Source: Candidatus Woesearchaeota archaeon (lineage in GTDB: Archaea > Nanobdellota > Nanobdellia > Woesearchaeales > JABGXB01). From it: a stretch of 64,000 nt of DNA. The stretch spans positions 318,098 to 382,097 of the forward strand of contig JABGXB010000002.1 in assembly GCA_018675975.1 (NCBI GenBank). The letters run 5' to 3'. Below the pieces are notes generated by a model. The model saw only the letters and a list, made by a program, of their open reading frames with translations, was not told the DNA's origin and did no database searches. The position numbers were made by a program, and so were the translations under genes. Positions 11,101 through 21,046 of this stretch are shown here, piece by piece. The stretch's first letter is position 1. Each line of letters begins with the position of its first letter.

Positions 11101-12464
11101 TAAATATTTTATATGATGAAATCAATACTGAAAATGAAAAAATAATAAAACAATATTTAACAAAAGATAATTATAATCTTGCAATCGAATATAATATCAT
11201 AAAATCAAATATAATTTCAAAATATAAATTAATTAAATCTGAACAAAAAGAAAATGAAGATATTTTATATTTAGAATTTAATCAAATAATTAAGGATTTA
11301 ATATATAAATTAGATAATTACAAGAATTTACAAATTGATGATGTCGTTTATAATTTAGAAAATGCAGATTCAAAAATAATTTCCTTAATTGAAATTGCAA
11401 AAGAAACTAATGATATTAAAAAAGAAACAATTTTATCAGACATTCACGACATAATAATAAAAATCAATTCTAATATAATAAGATTACAAAAAATAAATGA
11501 TAATATTAAAACAGATTTAATTACAATTTCAATATTTCCAACAATAATTGAAAAAGAAATTAAAAATACAAATAGTATTGAAATTATTAAAGTTGATAGA
11601 ACAATACAAAATTCAAAAAATATAATAAATGAAATTAATTCAAATAATAAAATAAATATATATGAAATAAAACAATTTGCAAAAATAATTAATTATTTGA
11701 ATATTTCAAATAAAGATTCTTGCCTAAAAAGCATAAGAGAATTGAATAATATCAATATTAATGAAAACAATATAAATTTAATTCAAAATTATATTGTTCA
11801 ATGTCAAACATATTTAAATTCAATTTTTAATGAAAAAATGTCTGAAGATCAAATAGAAAAACATTTTTATTTAATTAACAAAATTAATACTAATTATTAC
11901 ATTTATTTACAAAATAATGAATTATTTAGTTCATATTTGAAATCATTGAAAAATAATAGAGAAGTTTTATTGATATTAAAATCTAATTTTGATAAATATA
12001 AATTTAAAGAAAAAAGTATGTTTGAAAAAATATCAGAATGGATCGGTGCATCAAAAAAACAAATAAGTAATTTTAATGAAGAAGAATATATAATTAATAA
12101 TATTTTAAATTCAATAAATAATATTGAAAAAGACATAATATCCAATAAAAAGTTTAAAACAGAATTAAATAAAAAACAATTTGAATATAAGATATTTGAT
12201 TTAATATCAAAACAAATAAGATTCATAAATAAATTAACAAATATTAAAATAAATGAATATTCAAAAGGAAAAAATTTATTTTATTTTGATTTAAATTCAT
12301 ATTCAACTAATGCTATAGAAGAAATTGTTAAAATTGAAAATTATAGAATTGATCATTATGATGAAAATGAAAAAAAATGGTTAACATATAATCCTGAAAA
12401 TAAAGAACACTCAGACTTCGATCAATTTACAAATAATAATTATTATGTTATTACGATTAATTAA
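8121..12464 (+). CDS. Large secreted alpha-helical/coiled-coil hypothetical protein (1447 aa)
   Basis: N-terminal signal peptide (MKKIIIFVMILFITSIIINA); long N/K/I/E-rich helical body; small beta-rich C-terminal domain. Confidence 0.7.
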   Translation: MKKIIIFVMILFITSIIINANNSYNIYIEKELSKQTEFYNKYELNKLQFNNDFHTIINNDSLKKFNFNELIILSQVDSLTGLNDIIEKANQINYVDERKFEITINSLENQIINLEHNKIIILSEESEFFNNKLNDIFTNVSIEKEQIKIELENCQTCYEIKDSYQWLEIDFNNIDEKYVIAYLDKLKDFKRSAKSDISCKRNNLKECTLQKLIINFEEKTKNNLIDHLKNGKKKIPEYTKFNKEINKINKIIDELEQNKNIIKQILDKINDKQVFDDNLLNKLKSISKKKVNNSNLIEIKNQAKEYIQLLETPLNIELKQNKQLDFNFESNIQRIMDQLKRNNELRLNQISFLNIILNSFYFYESENELEKIYYELINEILLKYTKKNENKKSIKKNVINDIQILKYNYVSIKKTLNDEKKPNYYDKKTIKKIIESYNNLLKEMLTKIDEDKNYDLTYYNTEDNEKQFIIKTNKIKDIIDQISSALNKLKANENLIFEQKEDYYTVGIEDNFYKKVLNWLGIYIQKNNIDRLKKSNEKYLLINSEDKFSKQQLLNINQSEIIEISKDKISLINKLQREINEFDIKYEYKQDEIEELLNLIDYYFFINYLIENDINSFLTKINIDFKFNEYLNNIAYNKLSKFKSENKQNFVKNTYNSLIANRLNLNSHFIKEIQKEFNQKETIEIINEFTNESNILNINIFEKAKWDITPINNNNISKNKVLLDKKNFEILKYAIMSINKEFEQTKLNKEIKEPYNFKIENINNNDKYSKLTYHNNLDFHNRLSENKNNLTYADIVIFLKDRINIAIINKILQSNINKINNTQTYNDIISEISELKYAELSLLINSEFDSYSNDPFNNNYLNLVNKKGVDPLINYLNSLIQKEYFYKYSREHGLTQLYSIKKTNKVNDNNIELLQKLFNNRKNGYIISQNEEEIILKKALNETINKIINKNIFTSHSNYNETYKIRRQEFLDLLDVHFKLKLILEAIEFHGFEINILYDEINTENEKIIKQYLTKDNYNLAIEYNIIKSNIISKYKLIKSEQKENEDILYLEFNQIIKDLIYKLDNYKNLQIDDVVYNLENADSKIISLIEIAKETNDIKKETILSDIHDIIIKINSNIIRLQKINDNIKTDLITISIFPTIIEKEIKNTNSIEIIKVDRTIQNSKNIINEINSNNKINIYEIKQFAKIINYLNISNKDSCLKSIRELNNININENNINLIQNYIVQCQTYLNSIFNEKMSEDQIEKHFYLINKINTNYYIYLQNNELFSSYLKSLKNNREVLLILKSNFDKYKFKEKSMFEKISEWIGASKKQISNFNEEEYIINNILNSINNIEKDIISNKKFKTELNKKQFEYKIFDLISKQIRFINKLTNIKINEYSKGKNLFYFDLNSYSTNAIEEIVKIENYRIDHYDENEKKWLTYNPENKEHSDFDQFTNNNYYVITIN

Positions 12465-14043
12465 TTGTTAATTTTTGATTAATTGAAATATCATTAAACA
12501 CTTTCACATCACCATTTAGAAAGTTAATTTTTAATTGTTCAATATTATCATTATCACCAATACCAAAAGAAATTTGATTACTTGAATCACTCATTAATCC
12601 CGCACCAAAAGTTATAATTCTACTTTGATTAAATTTATTACCAATCAGTTCAATAATAGCACCATTAAATCTAAGCGTATCTGGTACATTTAACATCAAA
12701 TAATTATAATTTAAATCTTTATTTAAAAAAATCCTAACTGGGCCATCCATATTTACATAAACTACATCAGGTATATTATCATCATTAAAAAAACCACTTA
12801 ATACATTTTGACCATAATAAAAGTTACTAACCTTACTTGCCATTGTTGAGGGAATAAATTTATTATCATCCCCCATTAATAATAATCTGCCAGGTGCCTT
12901 AGTAATTTTATTTGAAAATAAATTTAAATAATTTTCACTAACAATTAAATCCATTTTTCCATCCATATTAAAATCATTAGAATTTGCACCCCATCCAAAT
13001 TCATAATTATCTAATCTGATATCATCAATTCTTTGTTTAAAATTAAAATTACCTAAATTCTCATAATAGACCCACTCATTTTGTAATATTTGTTCATCTA
13101 ATAAATCACCTTTGGCAATAAAATTAGGAATTGAATTTCCTATATTTGAAAAAAATAAATCAAAATCACCATCATTATCAAAATCGGCAGGAACTGAACC
13201 CATCCAATAACCAATATCAGATAAATCTATTTTTTGAAAAGAATTTCCTAAATTTTTAAATAAAACAATTTTATCTGTATTTGGACTAATTACTAAATCT
13301 TGTAATCGGTCCCCGTCCAAATCAATAAAATAAGATAAAAATGTATTTTGATTATAATTTAAACCATATTTATTTGTAACATCAGTAAAAGTATTATCTC
13401 TATTATTTAATAACATAATATTTTTTGTTTTATGGCTTTCATCATTAAATGTCCCAGATTTAAATAAATCAAATTTTATGAACGTATTCACATAAATATC
13501 AAAATAACCATCATTATTCAAATCAGTTATAGCAAAACTCATTGGAATTGAATTATCATCAAAATTAATATTAACTTTTTTTTCAATAAATATATTATTT
13601 TCATTAATATAAAAAAATACACCATCCTCCCTTGCAACAATTAAATCTACATCTAAGTCATTATCAATATCAATTGAAACAGAACCAAATGTTGCAGAAT
13701 CATTATTTAAATCAATATCAATTTCATTAAATTTTAAACTTAATTCATCATAATCCAATATTTTATCAGTTTGACCACGTGAACTACCAATAAAAATTTC
13801 ATCCATACCATCACCATCATAATCAATTATACTAGAAGCCAAAAAAGAATAGGTTTCACCATCATAATTATGATTTGACCCTGAATAAGTTAAATCAAAA
13901 TCAGGAACAATAAGACCAATATCATTTAAAGTATCTTTTGACAATTCAGGAATTTCTACATTTTGAAATATCAATGGCCTAAATAATAATATTAAAAATA
14001 GTAATAATAAAAATAAAAATATTATAATATGTTTTTTATTCAT
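12457..14043 (-). CDS. FG-GAP/VCBS-repeat protein with ASPIC/UnbV-like C-terminus (CRTAC1-like)
   Basis: N-terminal TM; repeated DxDxDGxxD motifs (DYDGDGMDE, DLNNDGYFD, DLDGDRLQD, DFDNDGDFD, DFNMDGKMD); 'GAGLMSDSSNQISFGIG'. Confidence 0.88.
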   Translation of the reverse strand: MNKKHIIIFLFLLLLFLILLFRPLIFQNVEIPELSKDTLNDIGLIVPDFDLTYSGSNHNYDGETYSFLASSIIDYDGDGMDEIFIGSSRGQTDKILDYDELSLKFNEIDIDLNNDSATFGSVSIDIDNDLDVDLIVAREDGVFFYINENNIFIEKKVNINFDDNSIPMSFAITDLNNDGYFDIYVNTFIKFDLFKSGTFNDESHKTKNIMLLNNRDNTFTDVTNKYGLNYNQNTFLSYFIDLDGDRLQDLVISPNTDKIVLFKNLGNSFQKIDLSDIGYWMGSVPADFDNDGDFDLFFSNIGNSIPNFIAKGDLLDEQILQNEWVYYENLGNFNFKQRIDDIRLDNYEFGWGANSNDFNMDGKMDLIVSENYLNLFSNKITKAPGRLLLMGDDNKFIPSTMASKVSNFYYGQNVLSGFFNDDNIPDVVYVNMDGPVRIFLNKDLNYNYLMLNVPDTLRFNGAIIELIGNKFNQSRIITFGAGLMSDSSNQISFGIGDNDNIEQLKINFLNGDVKVFNDISINQKLTIN

Positions 14044-14165
14044 AATATATTTTAATAAATTTGATTTATAATTATTACCATTATTTTAAATAAAAACACC
14101 AATTACTTGAAAATCTTTCAATTTAAATTTTATAACAATATAAATTTAAAAAACAGAAGAAATGT

Positions 14166-15341
14166 GTGTTATTCGAAATATTATTATCAATAACTTTTGG
14201 CATATTGGCAGGCATAATTACAGGCCTAATCCCAGGAATTCACATTAATTTGATTTGTAGTATACTTTTAATTATTTTACCAAAATATAACTTAGACATA
14301 AAATTATCAATTTGTTTTATAATTTCAATGGCAATAACTCATACTTTTTTAGATACAATACCATCCATATTTTTAGGCGCCCCAGACCCTAATGTATGTG
14401 AATTAATATTACCAGCACACAAAATGCTATTAAAAGGAAATGGATTCTTTGCTTATATCCTAACGTGTACAGGCAGTTTAATATCATTACTTTTTTGTAT
14501 ATTTTCATTATATTTTTTTATAAAAATAATTAAAATAATAGATATTTCAATAAAAAATTACATATGGATTATTTTAATTTTAATTATTATTTTTATAATA
14601 TTTTCCAATAAAAATAAAATAGAATGTATTAAAATTTATTTAATAAGTGGAATTTTAGGATTAATTTGCTTTAATATTAATTTAGAGCAACCGTTATTTC
14701 ATTTACTTTCAGGTTTGTTTGGAATTAGTGGGCTTTTAATTTCCATATATTCAAAAAATGAAATACCAGAACAAAATAATGAATGTAATTTTAAAAAAAT
14801 AATTAAACCTAGCACATTTGCCACAATAATGGGATTCATAGCAGCCTTTCTACCTGGATTTGGAACTAGTCAGGCTGCATTTTTAATTAATAAATTAACA
14901 AAAATAAATGATGAATTTTATTTAATATTAATTGGAGCCCTTTCAACATCAAATATGATATTTTCAACTCTCACTTTATTAGAATTAAATAAAGCTAGAA
15001 ATGGAGCAATACTAGCAGTAAAAGAAATTGCTGGACAAATAAATTTTAATATATTTTTATTAATGATTTTAGTAATTATTATATCTGGTTCAATTGCATG
15101 TATTATTGGAATCAACATATCAAAAAAAATATCAAATTATATAAAAAAAATTAATTATACAAAATTAATTATTTCAATTATAATTTTAATTATAATAATT
15201 AGCTTCATTTTAGATAATTTTATGGGTGTTCTAATAATTATCATATCAACTGCAATTGGAATTTATTGTAATTTAAAATCAGTACCACGAAATTTAATGT
15301 TAGGTTGTATAAATTTACAAGTAATTTTATTTTTTCTGTAA
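14166..15341 (+). CDS. TctA-family (tripartite tricarboxylate transporter-like) membrane protein
   Basis: 'GIITGLIPGIHIN', 'HTFLDTIPSIFLGAP', 'LPAHKMLLKG.G', 'FLPGFGTSQAA'; GTG start. Confidence 0.85.
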   Translation: MLFEILLSITFGILAGIITGLIPGIHINLICSILLIILPKYNLDIKLSICFIISMAITHTFLDTIPSIFLGAPDPNVCELILPAHKMLLKGNGFFAYILTCTGSLISLLFCIFSLYFFIKIIKIIDISIKNYIWIILILIIIFIIFSNKNKIECIKIYLISGILGLICFNINLEQPLFHLLSGLFGISGLLISIYSKNEIPEQNNECNFKKIIKPSTFATIMGFIAAFLPGFGTSQAAFLINKLTKINDEFYLILIGALSTSNMIFSTLTLLELNKARNGAILAVKEIAGQINFNIFLLMILVIIISGSIACIIGINISKKISNYIKKINYTKLIISIIILIIIISFILDNFMGVLIIIISTAIGIYCNLKSVPRNLMLGCINLQVILFFL

Positions 15342-15373
15342 CAATAAACTTTTAAACAAAAATTCATTAAAAA

Positions 15374-16156
15374 ATGAATATGGAAGTATGCGTAATCTCA
15401 TCAGGTTCTAAAGGAAATTGTTATTTATTAAATGTAAATAATAAAAACATATTAATTGATTGCGGAATAAATTATAAAGAATTAGAAAAAAGGTTAAATA
15501 AAATAAATAAAAGTGCTAAAAGTATAGATGCAGTATTCATTACTCACGAACATACAGACCATATAAGTGGTTGTAAAACCCTATCAAATAAAATAAACAA
15601 TATTAAATTTTTTTTTAATAAAGAAACATATCATAATTGTAAATTTACAATACCAGAAAATCAAATTGAGTTTTTTAAAAATGGTATATTTCATTATAAC
15701 AATATTGAAATTAATGCCTTATCAAAAAATCATGATGCTGCAAATCCCGTTTCATTTTCATTTAAATTTGACAATAAAAAAAGTAGTTTTATTACTGATA
15801 TTGGAAGTGTTTGTAATAATGTTATTAATCAAATAAAAAATTCTAATATTTTAATATTTGAGTTTAATCATGATGAAAGTATGTTATTTGGTGGAAGTTA
15901 TCCTGAATATTTGAAACAAAGAATAGGTAGCAATAAAGGACATTTATCAAATATTGAAGCGGTTAATTGCCTAAGTCAAAATATTGATATTAATTTAAAA
16001 CATTTATTTTTATCACACATTAGCTCAAAAAATAATAATAAAAATTTAGCAAAATTAATGATAGAAAAAGAATTAAAACAAAAAAGAAAGGATATAAAAG
16101 ACATAAATATACTTATTGCACATGAATATGAAAATTCTGAAGTTGTAAAAGTTTAA
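15374..16156 (+). CDS. MBL-fold metallo-hydrolase, YycJ/WalJ-like
   Basis: 'SSGSKGNC', 'THEHTDH', 'HDAA', 'TDIG', 'E.NHD', 'GHLSN', 'LSHIS..NN'. Confidence 0.88.
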   Translation: MNMEVCVISSGSKGNCYLLNVNNKNILIDCGINYKELEKRLNKINKSAKSIDAVFITHEHTDHISGCKTLSNKINNIKFFFNKETYHNCKFTIPENQIEFFKNGIFHYNNIEINALSKNHDAANPVSFSFKFDNKKSSFITDIGSVCNNVINQIKNSNILIFEFNHDESMLFGGSYPEYLKQRIGSNKGHLSNIEAVNCLSQNIDINLKHLFLSHISSKNNNKNLAKLMIEKELKQKRKDIKDINILIAHEYENSEVVKV

Positions 16157-16866
16157 TTAATTAATTTAAATGATTTAAATCTCCATTTTAAAAAAGTCCA
16201 AACAGCCTCAACACCATCTTTCCAATTAATATGTTTACCTTCTGCAACAGTTCTTGGATAATAATTTATTGGAACTTCTAAAATAGTTTCACCAATTCTC
16301 CATAATTTAGCTGTTACTTCGGGCTCCCATTCAAAATGATTACCTTCAATTGGAATTTTTTTTATTAAATCTGTTTTAAATGTTTTATAACATGTTGGTT
16401 CATCTGTTATCCATTTAAAAAATAAGATATTTCCAACTAAAGTAACCAATAAACCACCTAAAAAAAAACTAAGACCAGAATATTGAACATTATTTTTTAA
16501 TCTGCGAGATCCATAAACAACATTAGTTTTGCCATTTAATATTGGATCAATACATGCCTGATAATCACAAGGATCATATTCCAAATCCGCATCTTGAACA
16601 ATACAAATATCCCCAGTTGCTTCTTTAATTGCATATTTTACTGCAGAACCCTTACCACCATTTTCTTTTTTAAAAACTTTTATACCAAGTTCCGGATTAT
16701 TTTTTGCATATTCTTGAATTACTTCATAAGAATTATCACGACTTCCGTCATCTACAATAATAATTTCTTTTTTTAAACTAACATTACAATCTCTAATTTT
16801 ATTAAGAATTAAATGTATAGTTTTTTCTTCATTATAAGCTGGCATTAAAATTGATAATTTATCCAT
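16153..16866 (-). CDS. GT2 polyprenol-phosphate glycosyltransferase (DPM1/ArnC-like)
   Basis: 'LSILMPAYNEE', 'VDDGSRD', 'GKGSAV', 'QDADLEYDP', 'VVYGSR'. Confidence 0.92.
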   Translation of the reverse strand: MDKLSILMPAYNEEKTIHLILNKIRDCNVSLKKEIIIVDDGSRDNSYEVIQEYAKNNPELGIKVFKKENGGKGSAVKYAIKEATGDICIVQDADLEYDPCDYQACIDPILNGKTNVVYGSRRLKNNVQYSGLSFFLGGLLVTLVGNILFFKWITDEPTCYKTFKTDLIKKIPIEGNHFEWEPEVTAKLWRIGETILEVPINYYPRTVAEGKHINWKDGVEAVWTFLKWRFKSFKLIN

Positions 16867-16926
16867 ATTTTTTAAATTATTTATTAATTTTTAAATTATT
16901 CTATTATTAAAAAATAAAAACGTAAA

Positions 16927-17256
16927 TTAAATAATTAAAAATACCACTCCAAATATAATTAATGATAAACCTAATATTTTTTTTAAAGTGATTTTTTCAT
17001 TTAAATATACTTTTGCAAGCATCAAACTCCAAATATATGTTGTAGAAGTTAATGGAAAAACTACTGTTACATCCAAATATTTTAAAGCCCATATATTTGC
17101 TAATGCACCAAAACCATATAAACCATACCCCAAAATTGTATATTTATTAATGAAATGTTTTTTATTAGTACTTTTTTTTAACATAAATGCAGCAATAGCT
17201 CCAATAAAAGATCCAAATATAACTAAAAAAATAATTAAACTATTTGCTACTGCCAA
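16927..17256 (-). CDS. SMR/EamA-like 4-TM protein (ArnE/ArnF-like)
   Basis: 109 aa, four TM helices, 'ALKYLDVTVVFPLTS..YIW', 'LNEKIT..K'. Confidence 0.8.
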   Translation of the reverse strand: MAVANSLIIFLVIFGSFIGAIAAFMLKKSTNKKHFINKYTILGYGLYGFGALANIWALKYLDVTVVFPLTSTTYIWSLMLAKVYLNEKITLKKILGLSLIIFGVVFLII

Positions 17257-17575
17257 TAAAAATAACCCCCATAATTATTAAAAATATACCAATTAATTTA
17301 GAAATTGTAAATAATTCACCAAGAAAAATTATTCCAATTAAAAATACCCACACATAACCCAAACTCAAAAAAGGATGAATTTTTGAAAGATCTGAAAATT
17401 TTAAAGCATATGTTAAAAAAAACGCACCAGCCACATATAATAAACAACCAATAATTAAACTATAATTTAAATATATTATATAAATATTAAATTCTTGCAT
17501 ACCAAGCTTCCACATAATTTGACCTAATGCAGTTAAAATAGTACAAATTAATATTAATATTATTCCCTTATTCAT
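17240..17575 (-). CDS. SMR/EamA-like 4-TM protein (ArnE/ArnF-like)
   Basis: 'LGQIMWKLG', 'ALKFSDLSKIHPFLSLGYVW', 'LGELFT'. Likely start is the ATG at 17575, overlapping the upstream stop. Confidence 0.8.
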   Translation of the reverse strand: MNKGIILILICTILTALGQIMWKLGMQEFNIYIIYLNYSLIIGCLLYVAGAFFLTYALKFSDLSKIHPFLSLGYVWVFLIGIIFLGELFTISKLIGIFLIIMGVIFIGSSK

Positions 17576-19415
17576 TTTGAATTTTATATAAGATTGCCAC
17601 TTTATTTTCATTCATATCATATGACCAAACTTCTGACATCAGTTCATTTAAATCTTCTTTCCAAGGTTGAGGTGAATTTCTATAATTATTATAAGTAATT
17701 AAAAATAAATCCATTTTTTTATATTTATCCCCACGCCCAGAAGGATCTAACCAATAATTTAATTTTTCATAAATAACTCCATTTTCATCAAGTTGAATTT
17801 CATTTCCTTCACCATCATCAATTAAAATTAACGGATCATAAATACCCACTATTTGATTATTTTGAACTTGAAATTCAGATGAAAACCAATTTACATCCCA
17901 ATATAAATATTTAATTTTAAATTTTTTAATTAATTGTTTTTTTACTTCTGTATTATTACCATATAAAATAATTGCAGCCGCAGCTTGTCTTTCTTCCATA
18001 TCCATAAACGGATCTGTTTGTGCACGGCGAGTTACAAGAAGTTTTCGTCCACTAACCCCATTTAATGCAAAACTTAATTCATTTGTAGATAATACAACAT
18101 CATTGACATTAGTATTTTCTAATAAATATTTGTTAAGTGAATTATATGGTTCAGTAAGTTCAACCTTCCCACCAGGAGTCCATTGACTTTTTTCAAAACT
18201 TTCATATTTACCACTAATATTAAAATTTAATAGAAATATAATTAATAATATTAAAATTATATTAAATAATTTTTTGTTCTTTTGAAAATAAGACAAAAAT
18301 GATATTTTATACACTGCATATACTGATAGTAAAATAAAACAAGTTGAAAGTAAAAATTCATTCATTTTAAATGGAATTAAAACCACACCCAATAAAGGTT
18401 CTGTAATAAAATAAGAATATGTTAATGTAAATGAAATTAAAAAATAAGACAATAAAAATTGTTCTATTTTTTCTTTTTTAGATTTAAATAAATAAATTAA
18501 ACCAGCAATATTTAATATTGAAAAAATAATTTTGTAAACTGAGCTAAAATTAAATAAATATTTATTAAAAAAATCCATTAAAAAGTTTATTTTATTTTCC
18601 CACAATGTAAAATCGGGAAAACTCCATTGTTCTGAGAGTGATAATGTTTTTCCATGATGTATAAAAATTGGTTCATACCACCAAATTAAAGAAATTAAAA
18701 ACATTAAGATAAAAACAATAAATAAATTAATCAATCTTTTTTTATCTAATTTTATTTTTTTTATTTTTAATGTATTATCTTTATATGAAATTGACTCAAA
18801 TAAATAATAAAATAATTCAAATCCAAATAATAATAAAATAAAAATAGGAAATGCGGCACCGTGAGATAAACAAAAAATACCACCAATAATTCCAAAAATA
18901 ATACTATATTTATAATTTTGTTTCCTAATATAAAATAAAAATAAAATTAATGGTATAAAAAATAGTTTAAAAAATGGAGAATATTTGAATACTGGAAAAT
19001 TTTGAAATGATATTAATACAACAATTCCAAATAATGAAATTAATTTATTATTAAATATTTTATAAAATAATAAATAAGAAATTATTAAGCTAAAAATTAA
19101 TATTAAATAAGAAGATATAATCATAGATTCAAAAGGAGTTTTATCTAATAAATTTCCTAAAAAACCATTAATAATTGAATAAGTATAAAAGTAAGACGGT
19201 CGCCCATCCAATGTATTACTTGAGTCAAAAATAGTACTAATATTTGATTCCATAACATGATAAATGGCACCTTGTTGATGATATAAATCCCCACCTAAAA
19301 TTGGACCAGGTGGACTTTTTAATTGTCCAGTTATTCCAGAAAGAAAAAAAATATATACTAATATAATAATTAAAAGCAAAATTTCGTACTTATACTCTTT
19401 TAATTTAATAATCAT
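17568..19415 (-). CDS. GT-C-fold multi-pass membrane glycosyltransferase candidate
   Basis: About 11-13 TM segments; acidic motif after TM1 ('GGDLYH'); soluble C-terminal domain with 'NTNVNDVVLS' and 'IKKFKIKYLYW', as in STT3/ArnT-like proteins. Confidence 0.65.
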   Translation of the reverse strand: MIIKLKEYKYEILLLIIILVYIFFLSGITGQLKSPPGPILGGDLYHQQGAIYHVMESNISTIFDSSNTLDGRPSYFYTYSIINGFLGNLLDKTPFESMIISSYLILIFSLIISYLLFYKIFNNKLISLFGIVVLISFQNFPVFKYSPFFKLFFIPLILFLFYIRKQNYKYSIIFGIIGGIFCLSHGAAFPIFILLLFGFELFYYLFESISYKDNTLKIKKIKLDKKRLINLFIVFILMFLISLIWWYEPIFIHHGKTLSLSEQWSFPDFTLWENKINFLMDFFNKYLFNFSSVYKIIFSILNIAGLIYLFKSKKEKIEQFLLSYFLISFTLTYSYFITEPLLGVVLIPFKMNEFLLSTCFILLSVYAVYKISFLSYFQKNKKLFNIILILLIIFLLNFNISGKYESFEKSQWTPGGKVELTEPYNSLNKYLLENTNVNDVVLSTNELSFALNGVSGRKLLVTRRAQTDPFMDMEERQAAAAIILYGNNTEVKKQLIKKFKIKYLYWDVNWFSSEFQVQNNQIVGIYDPLILIDDGEGNEIQLDENGVIYEKLNYWLDPSGRGDKYKKMDLFLITYNNYRNSPQPWKEDLNELMSEVWSYDMNENKVAILYKIQNE

Positions 19416-19542
19416 AACTAATTGTTTTATATTTTCTTTATAAAATTAATTTAAAATTTATTATATATATTCAGCCACACATTAGTAATATTAAAGAAAA
19501 ATCATTCCAAAAATTTAAAAGAGAAATGTGCTTTTTTTAAAT

Positions 19543-20955
19543 ATGAATTTTAAAATTTTAGTAATTGGTGAAGCCATGGTAGATAAGTATATCCATGGTA
19601 TTGTTGATAGAATATCACCTGAAGCCCCAGTACCAGTTGTTTTATTTAATAAAAATACAGAAAATTTAGGCGGGAGTGCTAATATTTGTCAAAATTTAGC
19701 AAATTTGGATGCAGATGTACATTTAATTTCAATTGTGGGAAAAGATGAACACGAACCAATACTTACAAAATTATGTCAAAATAATAATATAAATTTAATT
19801 CCAATATATTTGAATAGACCAACTATAGTAAAACAAAGAATTGTTGCTAATAATCAACAAATAATGAGAGTAGATTTTGAAAACAATAATAATTTAGATT
19901 CAGAAGAAGAAAAAATAGTAATTGAACAAATAAAAAAAGTCTCAAAAGAATATGATGCAATAATATTATCAGACTATAAAAAAGGCCTATTTACAAAAAA
20001 TATTATTGAAACTATTTTTAATCATTTTAATAATAATTTCATTTTGGCTGATAGTAAACCAGATAAAATTGATTTATTTAAACGTGCAAACATAATAAAA
20101 TCAAATTTTAAAGAATTTAAAGATTATTGTAAACAAAAAAATATTGAAGTAAGTAATGATGATAGTTCAATAGAAAATACATATAATAAATTCATTTATA
20201 ATTTCAATTCATTTTTATTAACAAGAAGTGAAAAAGGAATGAGTTTTTTATCCAAAGATAAATTTGAACACATTCCAACTAATGCAAAAAGAGTATATGA
20301 TGTGACCGGGGCAGGAGATAGTGTAACTGCCGCATACATAATTAAGTATTTAGAAACTAAAAAAGAAGAAATATCTATGAGTTTTGCAAATAAAGTTGCA
20401 GGCATAGTTGTTAGTAAACCGGGATGTGTTGCCATTGAAAAAGAAGATTTAAAATTAAAAAATGAAAATAAAAAAATAATAAATTCATATGAAAAAATTG
20501 AATCAATAGTTAATAAATTAAAAAAAGATAAAAAAAAAATAGTATTTACTAATGGATGTTTTGATTTATTACATAGTGGACATGCAGATTATTTAAAAAA
20601 AGCCAAAGAAATGGGAGATATTTTAATTGTTGGACTAAATTCAGATGAATCTATAAAAAAAATAAAAGGTGAAAATAGACCCATAGTGGATCAAAATTCC
20701 AGATTAGAATTAATTTCAAGTTTAGAAAGCGTAAACTATTGTATTTTATTTGAAGAAGATAATCCAATAAATATTTTGTCATATATCAAACCAGACATTC
20801 ATGTAAAAGGATCAGATTATAAAAATAAATATATGATTGAAAGAGACATGGTTGAAATAAATGGTGGACAAATAGGTTTTATTGAAATAAAAACAAATGA
20901 AAACAATAAAATAAGTACTAGCGATATTATTGAAAAAATAAAAAATGAACATTAA
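19543..20955 (+). CDS. hldE: Bifunctional heptose-7-phosphate kinase / heptose-1-phosphate nucleotidyltransferase
   Basis: 'RISPEAPVPV', 'LSDYKKG', 'DVTGAGD' (ribokinase-type domain) and 'VFTNGCFDLLHSGH', 'VGLNSD.S...KG..RP', 'KGSDY'. ATG at 19543 preferred over the GTG at 19528. Confidence 0.95.
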   Translation: MNFKILVIGEAMVDKYIHGIVDRISPEAPVPVVLFNKNTENLGGSANICQNLANLDADVHLISIVGKDEHEPILTKLCQNNNINLIPIYLNRPTIVKQRIVANNQQIMRVDFENNNNLDSEEEKIVIEQIKKVSKEYDAIILSDYKKGLFTKNIIETIFNHFNNNFILADSKPDKIDLFKRANIIKSNFKEFKDYCKQKNIEVSNDDSSIENTYNKFIYNFNSFLLTRSEKGMSFLSKDKFEHIPTNAKRVYDVTGAGDSVTAAYIIKYLETKKEEISMSFANKVAGIVVSKPGCVAIEKEDLKLKNENKKIINSYEKIESIVNKLKKDKKKIVFTNGCFDLLHSGHADYLKKAKEMGDILIVGLNSDESIKKIKGENRPIVDQNSRLELISSLESVNYCILFEEDNPINILSYIKPDIHVKGSDYKNKYMIERDMVEINGGQIGFIEIKTNENNKISTSDIIEKIKNEH

Positions 20956-21046
20956 AAGTAACATTTTAATAATACACACAATTTGTAAAATAGCTGATGA
21001 AACTTTTACTCACTAAATTTATAAATAAAAAATTAGATTTTTTAAT

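Noticed and set aside
7541..14043. Possible integrated element at the tRNA pair
   Set aside because: No integrase, no duplicated tRNA 3' end (att site) and no viral or plasmid hallmark genes were seen.
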